Positions 28,863 to 38,144 of a DNA stretch of 39,593 nt are shown piece by piece. Every line of letters begins with the position of its first letter. The first letter of the stretch is position 1. The stretch comes from a virus (taxonomy: Duplodnaviria > Caudoviricetes): positions 1 to 39,593 of the IMG/VR virus record IMGVR_UViG_3300012953_000073; one strand, written 5' to 3'. Position numbers and translations under genes: made by a program. The notes beneath the pieces were generated by a model. That model ran no database searches, was not told where the DNA came from, and worked only from the letters and a program-made list of their open reading frames with translations.

Positions 28863-29103
28863 AAAGACGCGCCGCGCAATGGGAAGACAAATGGGAACCG
28901 ATGCGCAAGAAAAAATGTCCCAACAGGTGGCAAATTTTGGAAGACTACCGGAGCAATGCAGCGCCTGTACCGAGCCTTTTGATAAAAAAGATCGAGAGAT
29001 GATTGCGGCTTGGAGTGTTGTAGTAAAGCAAGACGTAGTGAGACTGTTTTGTCCAGAATGTATAAAGAAAACGCAGGAGATTATTGAAAATGGCAGTGAA
29101 TAG
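28855..29103 (+). CDS. Small Zn-finger protein
   Basis: CSAC ... CPEC; N-terminal MNRKTRR. Confidence 0.65.
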   Translation: MNRKTRRAMGRQMGTDAQEKMSQQVANFGRLPEQCSACTEPFDKKDREMIAAWSVVVKQDVVRLFCPECIKKTQEIIENGSE

Positions 29104-29461
29104 AATATCTATCGAAGGATTACGAAAGATTATAGCAGGCAACGTAAAAGAAGACGCAACATGTGTTGTAAAATTTTATTCTAATCATTGCGATATGTGT
29201 CACAATCTAAAAGATTATTATGAAGATATCTCAAACAAGAATGAGTACGAGAACATTCACTTCTATGCTTTTAATGTCGACAGTTACCCGAATATTGAGA
29301 AGCAACTAAGCTTTAATGGGGTTCCAACCATCTCTCTCATAAAAGCTTACGTTAGCCCCAGGAGGCCAAAAATTCGAATTCTCGACGATCCCGAGAAGCC
29401 AAATGAGAAAACTTGGTACACCACTCGCGATATTAAAAGTTTTATTGAAAGGGAGAAATAA
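29090..29461 (+). CDS. Thioredoxin-like protein
   Basis: VVKFYSNHCDMC (CxxC) and GVPT (cis-Pro). Confidence 0.8.
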   Translation: MAVNRISIEGLRKIIAGNVKEDATCVVKFYSNHCDMCHNLKDYYEDISNKNEYENIHFYAFNVDSYPNIEKQLSFNGVPTISLIKAYVSPRRPKIRILDDPEKPNEKTWYTTRDIKSFIEREK

Positions 29462-30501
29462 TGCAAGAACTGCTTTCTTATGATGATGTTTTGTTGTTGC
29501 CCCAATATTCAGATATTCGCTCTCGTAGTGAGATATCCTTGCAAGCCAATCTAACAAATAAGTTGTTTTTAAATATGCCAATCATATCATCTCCGATGGA
29601 CACAATTTCAGAGACCGCGATGGCTGTGACACTTGGCACCCAAGGGGGTACTGCAATTATTCATCGCTATAATTCTATAGAATCTCAGAGCAGAATGGTG
29701 TCTATGGCGAGAGATATTGCGACAGCACACAACACGGACTCCATCATCGTTGGCGCCGCCGTGGGCGTTACGGATGACTTTATGAACCGCGCAATTTCTC
29801 TTGTGGAGGCGAATGTTACTTTTTTGTGTATTGATGTAGCTCACGGGCATCACATCAATGTTAAAGAGGCGTTACAACGTCTTCGCTCAGAGTTCGGAGA
29901 AGATATGCATCTTATGGCTGGAAACGTAGCAACACTCGAAGGAGTTAATGCGCTGGCCGACTGGGGTGCAGACTCTGTTAGGTGTAATATTGGCGGCGGT
30001 TCGATCTGCTCCACCAGAATTCAAACGGGCCACGGCATTCCGGGCCTTCATACGATTTTTGATTGCGCGAAGACAGATCGAAACGTCGCTATCATTGCCG
30101 ACGGCGGCATCAGAAACTCTGGGGATGCAGTCAAGGCTCTTGCAGCCGGCGCTGATGCGGTGATGTGCGGATCTCTGTTTGCTGGAACAGATGAAACTCC
30201 AGGAAAAGTTCAAGAAGAGACCGACGGTACTCGATGGAAGGTCTATAGAGGGATGGCCTCTAAAGAAGCACAGGTTAGCTGGAGAGGAAGCTATTCATCT
30301 TATGAAGGTGTATCGGCACAAGTTCCATATCGTGGTTCAGTCCGACATATTTTAGAAGACCTGGAAAGAGGCATTCGTTCGGGTCTGTCTTACAGCGGCT
30401 GCCGTACTCTTGACGAGTTACACGCCCGGGCCAAGTTTATTCGCCAAACGGGTGCCGGACAACAAGAGAGTGGGACGCACATCCGCCGGCGGAGTTTATA
30501 A
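29461..30501 (+). CDS. IMP dehydrogenase/GMP reductase family enzyme without CBS domains
   Basis: [38 protein letters not shown] (catalytic Cys), IADGGI and YRGMAS motifs. Confidence 0.9.
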   Translation: MQELLSYDDVLLLPQYSDIRSRSEISLQANLTNKLFLNMPIISSPMDTISETAMAVTLGTQGGTAIIHRYNSIESQSRMVSMARDIATAHNTDSIIVGAAVGVTDDFMNRAISLVEANVTFLCIDVAHGHHINVKEALQRLRSEFGEDMHLMAGNVATLEGVNALADWGADSVRCNIGGGSICSTRIQTGHGIPGLHTIFDCAKTDRNVAIIADGGIRNSGDAVKALAAGADAVMCGSLFAGTDETPGKVQEETDGTRWKVYRGMASKEAQVSWRGSYSSYEGVSAQVPYRGSVRHILEDLERGIRSGLSYSGCRTLDELHARAKFIRQTGAGQQESGTHIRRRSL

Positions 30502-30827
30502 TGAACGAAAAGCTTGATTATGGAAAACTAAACAAAAAGATAGTCTTTACAGAAAATGAGCATCGCCACGCCAAGCTCATTATTAGACTCAGGCATGATG
30601 AACTCAAGCAATCTCAATTTTTTCGAGGTCTAATCACCGGCTATTTGGAGCAAGATGACCGCCTTTTAAGTTACATAGAAGACATAAAAGATCAATCAGA
30701 AAGAAAAAAGCGTACCTCTCGCAAAATGATAGAGAGGGGAAAGACCATTGCCGCAGATGCTGGGTTTTCCGAAGATCAGATTGACAATCTCTTTGATCTT
30801 ATAGCAGAGGAGCACCCTGACTTATGA
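30501..30827 (+). CDS. Hypothetical protein
   Basis: 108-aa ORF overlapping both neighbours (translational coupling). Confidence 0.6.
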   Translation: MNEKLDYGKLNKKIVFTENEHRHAKLIIRLRHDELKQSQFFRGLITGYLEQDDRLLSYIEDIKDQSERKKRTSRKMIERGKTIAADAGFSEDQIDNLFDLIAEEHPDL

Positions 30828-31081
30828 ATTATGATGGACTTCGCCCGTGCGCTAGAAAGTGTAAAGAATTGAAATCATCTTGCCCTAATCAAAGTTGCCG
30901 CCTATGGATTGATTTTGAAGAAGAGCTAAACTGTTCTCTAATCTCAGTGTACGAGAATGGCCCCATGACGCTCAGACAGATAGGAGATCGCCTAGGTATT
31001 TCTTTCGCTAGAGTCAAGCAGCTCGAACAGAGAGCAATTTTAAAGATGCGCCGAATAACAAGCAAATGGCAATTTTACTAG
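30824..31081 (+). CDS. Cys-rich protein with a stand-alone sigma70 region-4 HTH
   Basis: PMTLRQIGDRLGISFARVKQLEQRAILKMR resembles sigma region 4; five Cys in the N-terminal half. Confidence 0.75.
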   Translation: MNYDGLRPCARKCKELKSSCPNQSCRLWIDFEEELNCSLISVYENGPMTLRQIGDRLGISFARVKQLEQRAILKMRRITSKWQFY

Positions 31082-31098
31082 GTTTTAAAAAATATACA

Positions 31099-31107
31099 AC
31101 TATTTAT
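31099..31107 (+). promoter_or_regulatory. Putative late-promoter motif ACTATTTAT
   Basis: Intergenic, 30 nt upstream of the acidic ORF at 31138; the motif recurs. Confidence 0.5.
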
Positions 31108-31137
31108 TATTGACTCATTTTTTAAGGAGAAAACAAG

Positions 31138-31743
31138 ATGGCTCGTAAAAATCTTTTAACCGAATCGGAACTTCGCAGCTTTATGAAGCTGGCAGAGTTG
31201 AGACCGCTCGCCGATGCTAAGGTAAACGAACTTTACACTTCCGATGAAGTAGTGGAGGAGCGCGACGACGATGAGCTTGAGCGCGAATTGGGCGCGACCG
31301 AGGATGAACTAGGTGACGAAGATGCATTAGCCGACGAAGAAGCTGACGAATTGGGCGATATGGACATGGATATGGACATGGATATGGCCGCAGATGACGA
31401 CGCTGGTGCTCCTGATATGGTATCTGTTCAAGATATGCTGAGTGCCCTGGAGACTGCCCTTGAAGATGTTCTTGACGTGCCAGTAAGCGCTGAAATGGAT
31501 GACGAAGAGGGTGCCGCAGGGATGGACGCCGCAATGGACGCTGACATAGATATGGAAACTGATATGGCAATGGACGCCGAAGAAGAGGAAGATGTTCCTG
31601 GAATGCGTGACATTTACGAAGATCAAGATGCCCTTGTTAACGAGGTTGCTAAACGTGTCTTAAGTCGCCTCCAAGAGAAGAGCGAAAAAGCGAACATGGT
31701 GGATGCTCTCGCTGAGCGCATTATGAAGCGCTTGACACAATAG
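31138..31743 (+). CDS. Highly acidic, Met-rich protein; possible head-internal or scaffold-like protein
   Basis: AAGGAG RBS, D/E-rich, (DM)5 repeat at 31357-31386 and multiple L/I-x-E sites. Confidence 0.6.
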   Translation: MARKNLLTESELRSFMKLAELRPLADAKVNELYTSDEVVEERDDDELERELGATEDELGDEDALADEEADELGDMDMDMDMDMAADDDAGAPDMVSVQDMLSALETALEDVLDVPVSAEMDDEEGAAGMDAAMDADIDMETDMAMDAEEEEDVPGMRDIYEDQDALVNEVAKRVLSRLQEKSEKANMVDALAERIMKRLTQ

Positions 31744-31744
31744 C

Positions 31745-31773
31745 TTGACAATATATCAATTAGTTGCTATAAT
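31745..31773 (+). promoter_or_regulatory. Perfect-consensus sigma70 promoter
   Basis: TTGACA, 17 nt, TATAAT with a TGn extension. Confidence 0.85.
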
Positions 31774-31802
31774 AACCACTGCAGTGCCGGTGGTTATTTT
31801 TT
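31771..31802 (+). terminator. Intrinsic terminator-like hairpin
   Basis: AATAACCAC (31771-31779) pairs with GTGGTTATT (31790-31798), running into a T tract. Confidence 0.6.
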
Positions 31803-31811
31803 AGGAGAAAT

Positions 31812-32210
31812 ATGGACATTTGGTGGCTACACACCCTTACATTTATTTTTGGATATGTTACTTGTAAGACCTTCTATTTTTTAAGAGCAGCCCGAGTGTC
31901 ATTAAAATTGCTAAAATCGGCTAGAGTGACATATTTACTAATGGCAACGAAAGCAATTGAACAATATCTCACTGCCGCGGCAACTATGAACTATTACCTA
32001 GAACAATCTGATTCCACTGATTCGACAAAGCAATCATTCGATGTACGGTTTAATATTGAATTAGATCAGTTCAGGGATAATGTTGTCAGACAGCTAGTAC
32101 GTCTGACTCCGCCGGCGTTTAGAGAGAATATGGAAATTGAAGATTGGAATTCGGCAATGGAATATCTAGAGACCCATAAGGCCGAAGCTGTAGCTTTTTG
32201 GAGGATGTAA
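31812..32210 (+). CDS. Hypothetical protein with an N-terminal membrane anchor
   Basis: AGGAG RBS; hydrophobic IWWLHTLTFIFGYV. Confidence 0.65.
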   Translation: MDIWWLHTLTFIFGYVTCKTFYFLRAARVSLKLLKSARVTYLLMATKAIEQYLTAAATMNYYLEQSDSTDSTKQSFDVRFNIELDQFRDNVVRQLVRLTPPAFRENMEIEDWNSAMEYLETHKAEAVAFWRM

Positions 32211-32212
32211 AA

Positions 32213-32869
32213 GTGATTGATAAAATTTTAGATATTATTGGAAGCCCCAAGGGGGATAAGAAATCTGATGAGAATGATAAACTGCGCCAGGAACTTGAAG
32301 AAGAGTTGACGCAATTAATCGCGATGGGGGCCGGCCGACCTGAGCCCGACTTGCGTACTATAGGATTATTTTCTGACGTTTCTGAGGAGAGAATAGCAGA
32401 ATTAATCCACGCAATTCTGTACTTGGATGAGCTTAATCGTATTTCAGAGAAACAGAGGCCGATTACGTTCTATATGTCCACCTACGGCGGATCGGCGGAC
32501 GATATGTTTGGTATGTACGATATAATGAGAACTGTACGAGAAACTAGCGAAATTCACACTATTGGGATCGGAAAAGTTATGTCAGCCGGCGTAATCTTAT
32601 TGGCGGCTGGAACTAAGGGAAAAAGAAAAATCGGTCAAAATTGCAGGCTTATGATTCATTCTGTAATTGGTGGTAACCACGGACCATTGCACAATCTTTT
32701 GAATGAAATGGAAGCGGTAGAACAAATCCAAAAAATGTACATTGATTGTTTGGTAGCCGAAACCAATTTTAGCAAAAAGCAGCTTAAAAAGCTACTCGAA
32801 CGAAAGGTGAACGTCTATTTATCAGCAGAAGAGGCAGTTGAATATGGTATTGCCGATATCATAATTTAA
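32213..32869 (+). CDS. clpP: ClpP-family protease subunit
   Basis: MSTYGGS, GKVMSAG (Ser), MIHS (His) and YLSAEEAVEYGIAD motifs. GTG start 32213 after GGAGG. Confidence 0.88.
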   Translation: MIDKILDIIGSPKGDKKSDENDKLRQELEEELTQLIAMGAGRPEPDLRTIGLFSDVSEERIAELIHAILYLDELNRISEKQRPITFYMSTYGGSADDMFGMYDIMRTVRETSEIHTIGIGKVMSAGVILLAAGTKGKRKIGQNCRLMIHSVIGGNHGPLHNLLNEMEAVEQIQKMYIDCLVAETNFSKKQLKKLLERKVNVYLSAEEAVEYGIADIII

Positions 32870-32881
32870 AGAGGAGAGATA

Positions 32882-34423
32882 ATGTCAGATTTTATTAAAG
32901 ATATGTTCATCGAAGTAAGGGATGAAACTAAAAGCCAACTAGAGGTATTAACTGAAATGGTTGAGAGTGTTGTTAATCTTCAGTTGCCAGACGCCTCTCT
33001 CTTGGATGAAGCAGAGCGGTTTAGTATGTCTATTCCGATACCGAAACTGACACCTAACGAATCCTGGGGAGATCCCAACAGCCAATCAAGAAAAGACATC
33101 GAAAGAATATTTGCGTCGATCACGCGCCAACCTAGCGTTCAAGCCAGAATCGAGCACGTTAATAGTTTTGTAGATCCTGTACAGGCCCAGAGAAAAGGCC
33201 AAGGTATGAGGTTCAATGCCATTCTAAACATGATGATGATTATCGAATCGTTGCAAGCATGTCTGAACGATTATAGTGAATCTTCGGCCGGCTTTGTTTT
33301 TGAAGGATTCATGGCTGCAGTCACTGGCGGTAAACAAATCGCGGGTCGTGTAGGTGGAACGCTGCCTATTGAGGACTTTGTTAGTGGCGATGGAGAACCT
33401 GTCAGCCTCAAATTACTGAGCCCCACTACACCTATTCACGGAAGCTTCACCAACCTTGTAGATTATCTTTTTATTCGCGGCGGTTCCGGCGTACCCTCTA
33501 TCAAATACCTTATCGGGCGAAAAAACTCAGACGGTGATGAAGTTAGCCAGTTGATGCTATTGGATTTTATTATTAGTCGTGATAATTTTGTCGACATCAT
33601 GACGGCTACTGGTAACGGCGCTATGTTTGGCCAACAAGCTGCCGCCCTCAAGGCGCACATTGCGAACTGGCAAGACAGTCCCGAATGGCGCCTTCAGATG
33701 TATGCGATACTGCGTAAGGTTCCGGGCTATGATGACAATCGTGGAATGTTTGTGAAGAATCTCGACAAAGAAGGGGGGTTTGACGACGCCGGAAGCGCGC
33801 CGGCAGATCCTCAAATAAAGCGGGATCAATACAAAAAAGAAAAACAGAGAGCTGAATATGGTTTCTCGGCTGAGAAACAGGGCTATTCTGACGCTCAGCG
33901 TGAAATGACCCCTAGCTTTAAGCGGTGGTTGAGCCGACAAGGAGAGTTGGAAGACGCCGACAAGAGAACGATAAGCAATCTGAATAAACTCTACAACAGA
34001 GGATATAATGAGGGGAATCCCCGCGGCCGCATTGGGGAATCTTATTTTGGAGAATTCCACGAAAGAGAAAAAATGCTACTTCGCGAAGCACTCAACGAAG
34101 GAAAAGGAGACGGTAAACAGTGGTCTATCTCTGCAGCCGGCACTCAAAAAATTACCAATATTGCTAACGTCGAAGTTTATGGCGAAATTAATATGTCTAA
34201 TGAGAATATCAGGGCGTGTGCTAACATCTACATTGAAAAGATGGGTGAAGAAATGATGAGCCTCCTAGAGACAACTAAAAACTTTACTGAAAATGTCGGC
34301 AAATACTTTAGTGCGGATAGACGCTCTACCGCGATGAATGCCAACAAGAAAGCACAACAAGAAGGCCAAGAAGTTGTTGAGCTGCTCGCTAAATCTGCCG
34401 AGCCCGCAAAAGAAGAAATTTAA
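32882..34423 (+). CDS. Hypothetical protein, possibly virion-associated, with a PD-(D/E)xK-like segment
   Basis: GAGGAG RBS; AGFVFEGFMAA...IEDF...VSLKLL segment; L-x-E sites near both ends; CTATTTAT at 32815-32822 upstream. Confidence 0.55.
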   Translation: MSDFIKDMFIEVRDETKSQLEVLTEMVESVVNLQLPDASLLDEAERFSMSIPIPKLTPNESWGDPNSQSRKDIERIFASITRQPSVQARIEHVNSFVDPVQAQRKGQGMRFNAILNMMMIIESLQACLNDYSESSAGFVFEGFMAAVTGGKQIAGRVGGTLPIEDFVSGDGEPVSLKLLSPTTPIHGSFTNLVDYLFIRGGSGVPSIKYLIGRKNSDGDEVSQLMLLDFIISRDNFVDIMTATGNGAMFGQQAAALKAHIANWQDSPEWRLQMYAILRKVPGYDDNRGMFVKNLDKEGGFDDAGSAPADPQIKRDQYKKEKQRAEYGFSAEKQGYSDAQREMTPSFKRWLSRQGELEDADKRTISNLNKLYNRGYNEGNPRGRIGESYFGEFHEREKMLLREALNEGKGDGKQWSISAAGTQKITNIANVEVYGEINMSNENIRACANIYIEKMGEEMMSLLETTKNFTENVGKYFSADRRSTAMNANKKAQQEGQEVVELLAKSAEPAKEEI

Positions 34424-34434
34424 ACAAATAACAT

Positions 34435-34463
34435 TTGACATTTATCTGAAAAGTGTTTATAAT
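34435..34463 (+). promoter_or_regulatory. Perfect-consensus sigma70 promoter for the groEL operon
   Basis: TTGACA, 17 nt, TATAAT. Confidence 0.85.
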
Positions 34464-34486
34464 ATATAAATAACTACGAGGTATCA

Positions 34487-36067
34487 ATGGGTCGCGCATA
34501 CGACAACAATCAATCACTACAAGACAAGATTACTACAGGCGCAAATGTTTTAGCAGATAATGTTGCATCAACTCTCGGCCCTAAAGGTCGAAATGTTTTG
34601 CTCCAAGAAAAAGGGAAGGCTCCATTTATCACCAAAGATGGTGTAACGGTTGCCGCTTTTGTTTCGCTAGATGATCCCTTTGAAAATGCGGGCGCCCAAA
34701 TCATCAAACAGGCCGCAGTTGAGACTAACAACAGCGCCGGAGATGGCACCACCACGTCAACGGTACTCGCCCGTGCAATATTTGCAGAGTCTCAAAAGTT
34801 TATTGCATCAGGAGTGTCACCAATAGAGCTACAAAGAGGAATAGACTTAACAGTTCGAGAAGTCGTGCAGAACCTCAAAGAAATGTCTATCCCGGTATCT
34901 AGCATCGAAGACATACAACATATTGCTACGGTATCATCCAATAACGACGTTGCTGTTGGCAAATTAATTTCGATGGCTTACGACAGGGTTGGGCAAGACG
35001 GTTCTATCACGATCGAAGAATCTCGTTCGGTTGACACATCTTTGGATGTGACCGAGGGTTTTTCTTTTGCTGGAGGTTATTGTGCCGGCGCCTTTGTTAC
35101 CGACGAACGCCGCGCTATAATGCATCACCCCGAACCATTAGTTTTGGTAACTGATTATCGTATTTCAAACGTGGAGCAGATTCTTCCAGTGCTTGAAATG
35201 GTTGCTCGCGAAGGTCGACCACTTGTTATCGTAGCAGAGGATATCGAAGGTCAAGCTTTGGCCGCACTGATTATGAATGCTATGCGAGGCACCCTTAAAG
35301 TGGCAGCTATAAAGGCTCCATATTACGGTGAGGAACGCCGTAATCTTTTAGAAGATTTGGCTATTTCTGTGGGTGCGGTGTTTGTATCCCGGGAGTCTGG
35401 TAGAAAGCTGCAAGACGCACAAATGATAGATTTTGGAACAGCCGACTTTATTGAGAGCGACAAGCATAGAACCATACTGGTGGGTGGTGCGGCAGATATC
35501 GAACAGGTGGAGGGTAAAATTGAATCCCTGAAGGCAGAGATAGAAAAAACCGAATCCCTAGAAGCCTGTGATGCTATTCAACAAAGGATTGTTAGGTTAG
35601 CCAGCGGGGTTGCAGTCATTCGAGTTGGTGGGGCCACCGAAGTGGAAATGATAGAAAAAAAGCACCGGATTGAAGATGCCTTAGAGGCTGTTCGGGCCGC
35701 CCAAGATGAGGGAGTTGTTCCAGGTGGGGGCACTGCACTTCTTAGAGCCTGTCAGAAGATTTGTATCACGACTGATGGCGCCGGCGATCAGGCAGCTGGG
35801 GCCATGATAGTTAAAAACGCGTGTTATGCACCGATTAGACAAATGGCCATTAATGGAGGGGAATCTCCCGACTTGATTGTGAGAGAAGTTTTAGAGCAAG
35901 AACTTGGCACAGGCTGGGACTTTAGAAATAATGAATTGACAAACCTGGTCGATAGTGGTATTATTGATCCAGTAAAGGTTTCTCGATGCGCACTGCAGAA
36001 TGCGGCATCCTGCGCAGGAACCTTAATTACTACCAATTTTGGCATAATCCAGACGGAGGATAAATAA
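34487..36067 (+). CDS. groEL: Chaperonin GroEL
   Basis: TLGPKGRNV, ITKDGVTVA, AGDGTTT, GGATEVE and GIIDP motifs. No GGM tail. Confidence 0.95.
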   Translation: MGRAYDNNQSLQDKITTGANVLADNVASTLGPKGRNVLLQEKGKAPFITKDGVTVAAFVSLDDPFENAGAQIIKQAAVETNNSAGDGTTTSTVLARAIFAESQKFIASGVSPIELQRGIDLTVREVVQNLKEMSIPVSSIEDIQHIATVSSNNDVAVGKLISMAYDRVGQDGSITIEESRSVDTSLDVTEGFSFAGGYCAGAFVTDERRAIMHHPEPLVLVTDYRISNVEQILPVLEMVAREGRPLVIVAEDIEGQALAALIMNAMRGTLKVAAIKAPYYGEERRNLLEDLAISVGAVFVSRESGRKLQDAQMIDFGTADFIESDKHRTILVGGAADIEQVEGKIESLKAEIEKTESLEACDAIQQRIVRLASGVAVIRVGGATEVEMIEKKHRIEDALEAVRAAQDEGVVPGGGTALLRACQKICITTDGAGDQAAGAMIVKNACYAPIRQMAINGGESPDLIVREVLEQELGTGWDFRNNELTNLVDSGIIDPVKVSRCALQNAASCAGTLITTNFGIIQTEDK

Positions 36068-36282
36068 TGCAAGAAGGAGATCTTCTCCACATCCCGCAAG
36101 GGGTTGAAATGTGGAATGAAACAGGAAAAGGAATGAGATTGCGAATGACCGAAAGGCCGATCGTTGGTGTCTATTTGAGCACGTGGAGTCAGCATATTTA
36201 TCAAGTTTATGCGAATGGTCATGAATGGAAACTTAAACGAAGAGACGTTTATCCACTGGAGGGATCAAGTGCCGTTAGTTAG
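36067..36282 (+). CDS. Small hypothetical protein (SH3/KOW-like start, EGDLLHI)
   Basis: GGAGG RBS; TAATG coupling to groEL. Confidence 0.6.
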   Translation: MQEGDLLHIPQGVEMWNETGKGMRLRMTERPIVGVYLSTWSQHIYQVYANGHEWKLKRRDVYPLEGSSAVS

Positions 36283-36562
36283 ATTAACCGAAGTGTGCCA
36301 CAACGCAGCACTGACCACTCAAAAAAAATATACACTTCGCGAAGTTTTTGTGAATCCGGAACATGTAGTTATGATTCGCGAAGAATCAAATATGAAACAA
36401 CTGAACGAAAGAGGGGATCTGTTACCCGACTTGAATACAGAACATCGATTTACAAAATTGACGATTAATCGCGGACACACAGGCACGGAGATCGTTGTGG
36501 TTGGGGCTCCTACCGCTATTGAAAACACACTAAACCAACAAAAACAATTAATAAGAGGATAA
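36269..36562 (+). CDS. FlbD-like small protein
   Basis: LVRLT...VFVNPEHVVMIRE...TKLTI...IVVVG fits the FlbD-family pattern. GTG start after GGAGGG. Confidence 0.5.
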   Translation: MPLVRLTEVCHNAALTTQKKYTLREVFVNPEHVVMIREESNMKQLNERGDLLPDLNTEHRFTKLTINRGHTGTEIVVVGAPTAIENTLNQQKQLIRG

Positions 36563-36563
36563 A

Positions 36564-37073
36564 ATGAGCAATAATGACGTTTCCCCGCGTAAGCGGGTTA
36601 ATATACAATTTTCAATTGATATGGAGGACCTTCCCCCGGAGGTTACCAGACTTTTTGAGAAAGCGAACAAGCACGCTAGCGAAGCATCTAATTTGTTTTC
36701 TACATTTGATTACGAATTAGATCCTCTCACTGTCTTGTCTTTAAATAAAATTGGAGCCATTCGACTGGCCTTGACGAAAGCAGATCTTGTTCTGGATGAT
36801 CTCCAGAATATTGTTAGCGGATATTTGAGAATGCAGGCATCACCACCGGAGCAGCCCACCGCTCCTGCCCCCGAGCCTCCGGACGTAGCAGAGCAAGATC
36901 TCTCTCCACCTGTATTCGAGGGAGCGACCCCAACGATGCCTCCCCGTAATCCGTTTGCGAACCAAGGAGATAACTTTGCAGGTTCTGGCTTTAGTCTAGA
37001 AGAACTGCAAGAAAAAGTACAACAAACAGTAAAGGCAATCCAAAATGAGAAGTCCGATCAAGGTGAAGTCTAG
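36564..37073 (+). CDS. Hypothetical protein with a Pro-rich C-terminal half
   Basis: GAGGA RBS; 169 aa. Confidence 0.6.
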   Translation: MSNNDVSPRKRVNIQFSIDMEDLPPEVTRLFEKANKHASEASNLFSTFDYELDPLTVLSLNKIGAIRLALTKADLVLDDLQNIVSGYLRMQASPPEQPTAPAPEPPDVAEQDLSPPVFEGATPTMPPRNPFANQGDNFAGSGFSLEELQEKVQQTVKAIQNEKSDQGEV

Positions 37074-37806
37074 AGACTTTAAGGCGCTCTCCGCAATAAA
37101 AAAAATAGTGCCCCCTCAATCCATCATACATTCTTTTTTAATGCTGGATGGTTCTATTGAATTCGGATTAGCCGCCAACGATAGATACGTTGTGGCGCAT
37201 ACAAACAAGTATGTTTGCTACGAATTTTGGTGGTGCGTTAAAAATAACCCAAGACGCATACTAGAGGCAGTGAAATATCTAGAACCAATTCAAGATAAGA
37301 ACGTCTTTTACTTATTGCAGGAGAATTGGCCTTCTTATAGAGACCCTTATGTTAGATCGGCTCTTTTCCTGCTACTTAATCGCTACTCTGCGACGGGGAA
37401 AATATCTTCGGGGGATTTTAATCTTGAGGCATACAGGCCCACAGATGCTATTCAATTACAAAATATGGGATTTCAAAACCTTCACCTTTTGCTCGATAAA
37501 CAAGAAGATTTCACCGACAGCATAAATGAAATAAATGGCCGTTGTGATTATATTCTGATTCCCGTTGGAGACTACACGCTCAATCTATTTGAGGAAGAAA
37601 AATTGGGTTACGAGGACACTCATGTTTCTCATAAAAAATTACAAACTGTTTTCGAGAACACAGATAAAAAAATGATTCTAGTGTATAAAATGTCATCTAA
37701 GTTGGTAATGAAATATCGACAACACAACATCACGTATATCAACAAGTATGGCCGGCCAGTTTCCGATGCCAAAAATGCAGAGGAGGTTTTAATTGCAAAT
37801 TTCTGA
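37045..37806 (+). CDS. Degenerate Dam/D12-like methyltransferase homolog (catalytic motifs lost)
   Basis: MRSPIK, SFLMLDGSIEF, RSALFLLLNR, DYILIPVGDY and AEEVLIANF follow the Dam motif order, without FxGxG or DPPY. Confidence 0.55.
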   Translation: MRSPIKVKSRDFKALSAIKKIVPPQSIIHSFLMLDGSIEFGLAANDRYVVAHTNKYVCYEFWWCVKNNPRRILEAVKYLEPIQDKNVFYLLQENWPSYRDPYVRSALFLLLNRYSATGKISSGDFNLEAYRPTDAIQLQNMGFQNLHLLLDKQEDFTDSINEINGRCDYILIPVGDYTLNLFEEEKLGYEDTHVSHKKLQTVFENTDKKMILVYKMSSKLVMKYRQHNITYINKYGRPVSDAKNAEEVLIANF

Positions 37807-38143
37807 GATAGTAAGATCTTGCTCTCTTTTTGCTTTAGCGCAAACCTTGGTGTGGTTTCAACTATATTCTCATTATATCTGGGAATGGTGGCAGAATAGG
37901 CCCCTGTTGTGTGCGTTTGTTTTTGGGGTTCCTGCTAGTATATGTTTTTGGTATGGTACTCGAATCGCTGTAGATGCCAGTAATGAGGCGTGGACTTCGC
38001 GTATGCTAGGCTTCGGGATGTCTTATGTGACCTTTCCTATATTAACTTGGTGGCTATTGGGAGAAAGTATGTTTACAACAAAGACGATGATATGTGTTTT
38101 CTTGTCATTTTTAATCGTCACAGTTCAATTATTTTGGAGATAA
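37793..38143 (+). CDS. Small four-helix membrane protein (DMT/SMR-like)
   Basis: Four hydrophobic segments; LTWWLLGESM..KT resembles the DMT-type L.E motif. Confidence 0.65.
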   Translation: MQISEIVRSCSLFALAQTLVWFQLYSHYIWEWWQNRPLLCAFVFGVPASICFWYGTRIAVDASNEAWTSRMLGFGMSYVTFPILTWWLLGESMFTTKTMICVFLSFLIVTVQLFWR

Positions 38144-38144
38144 A

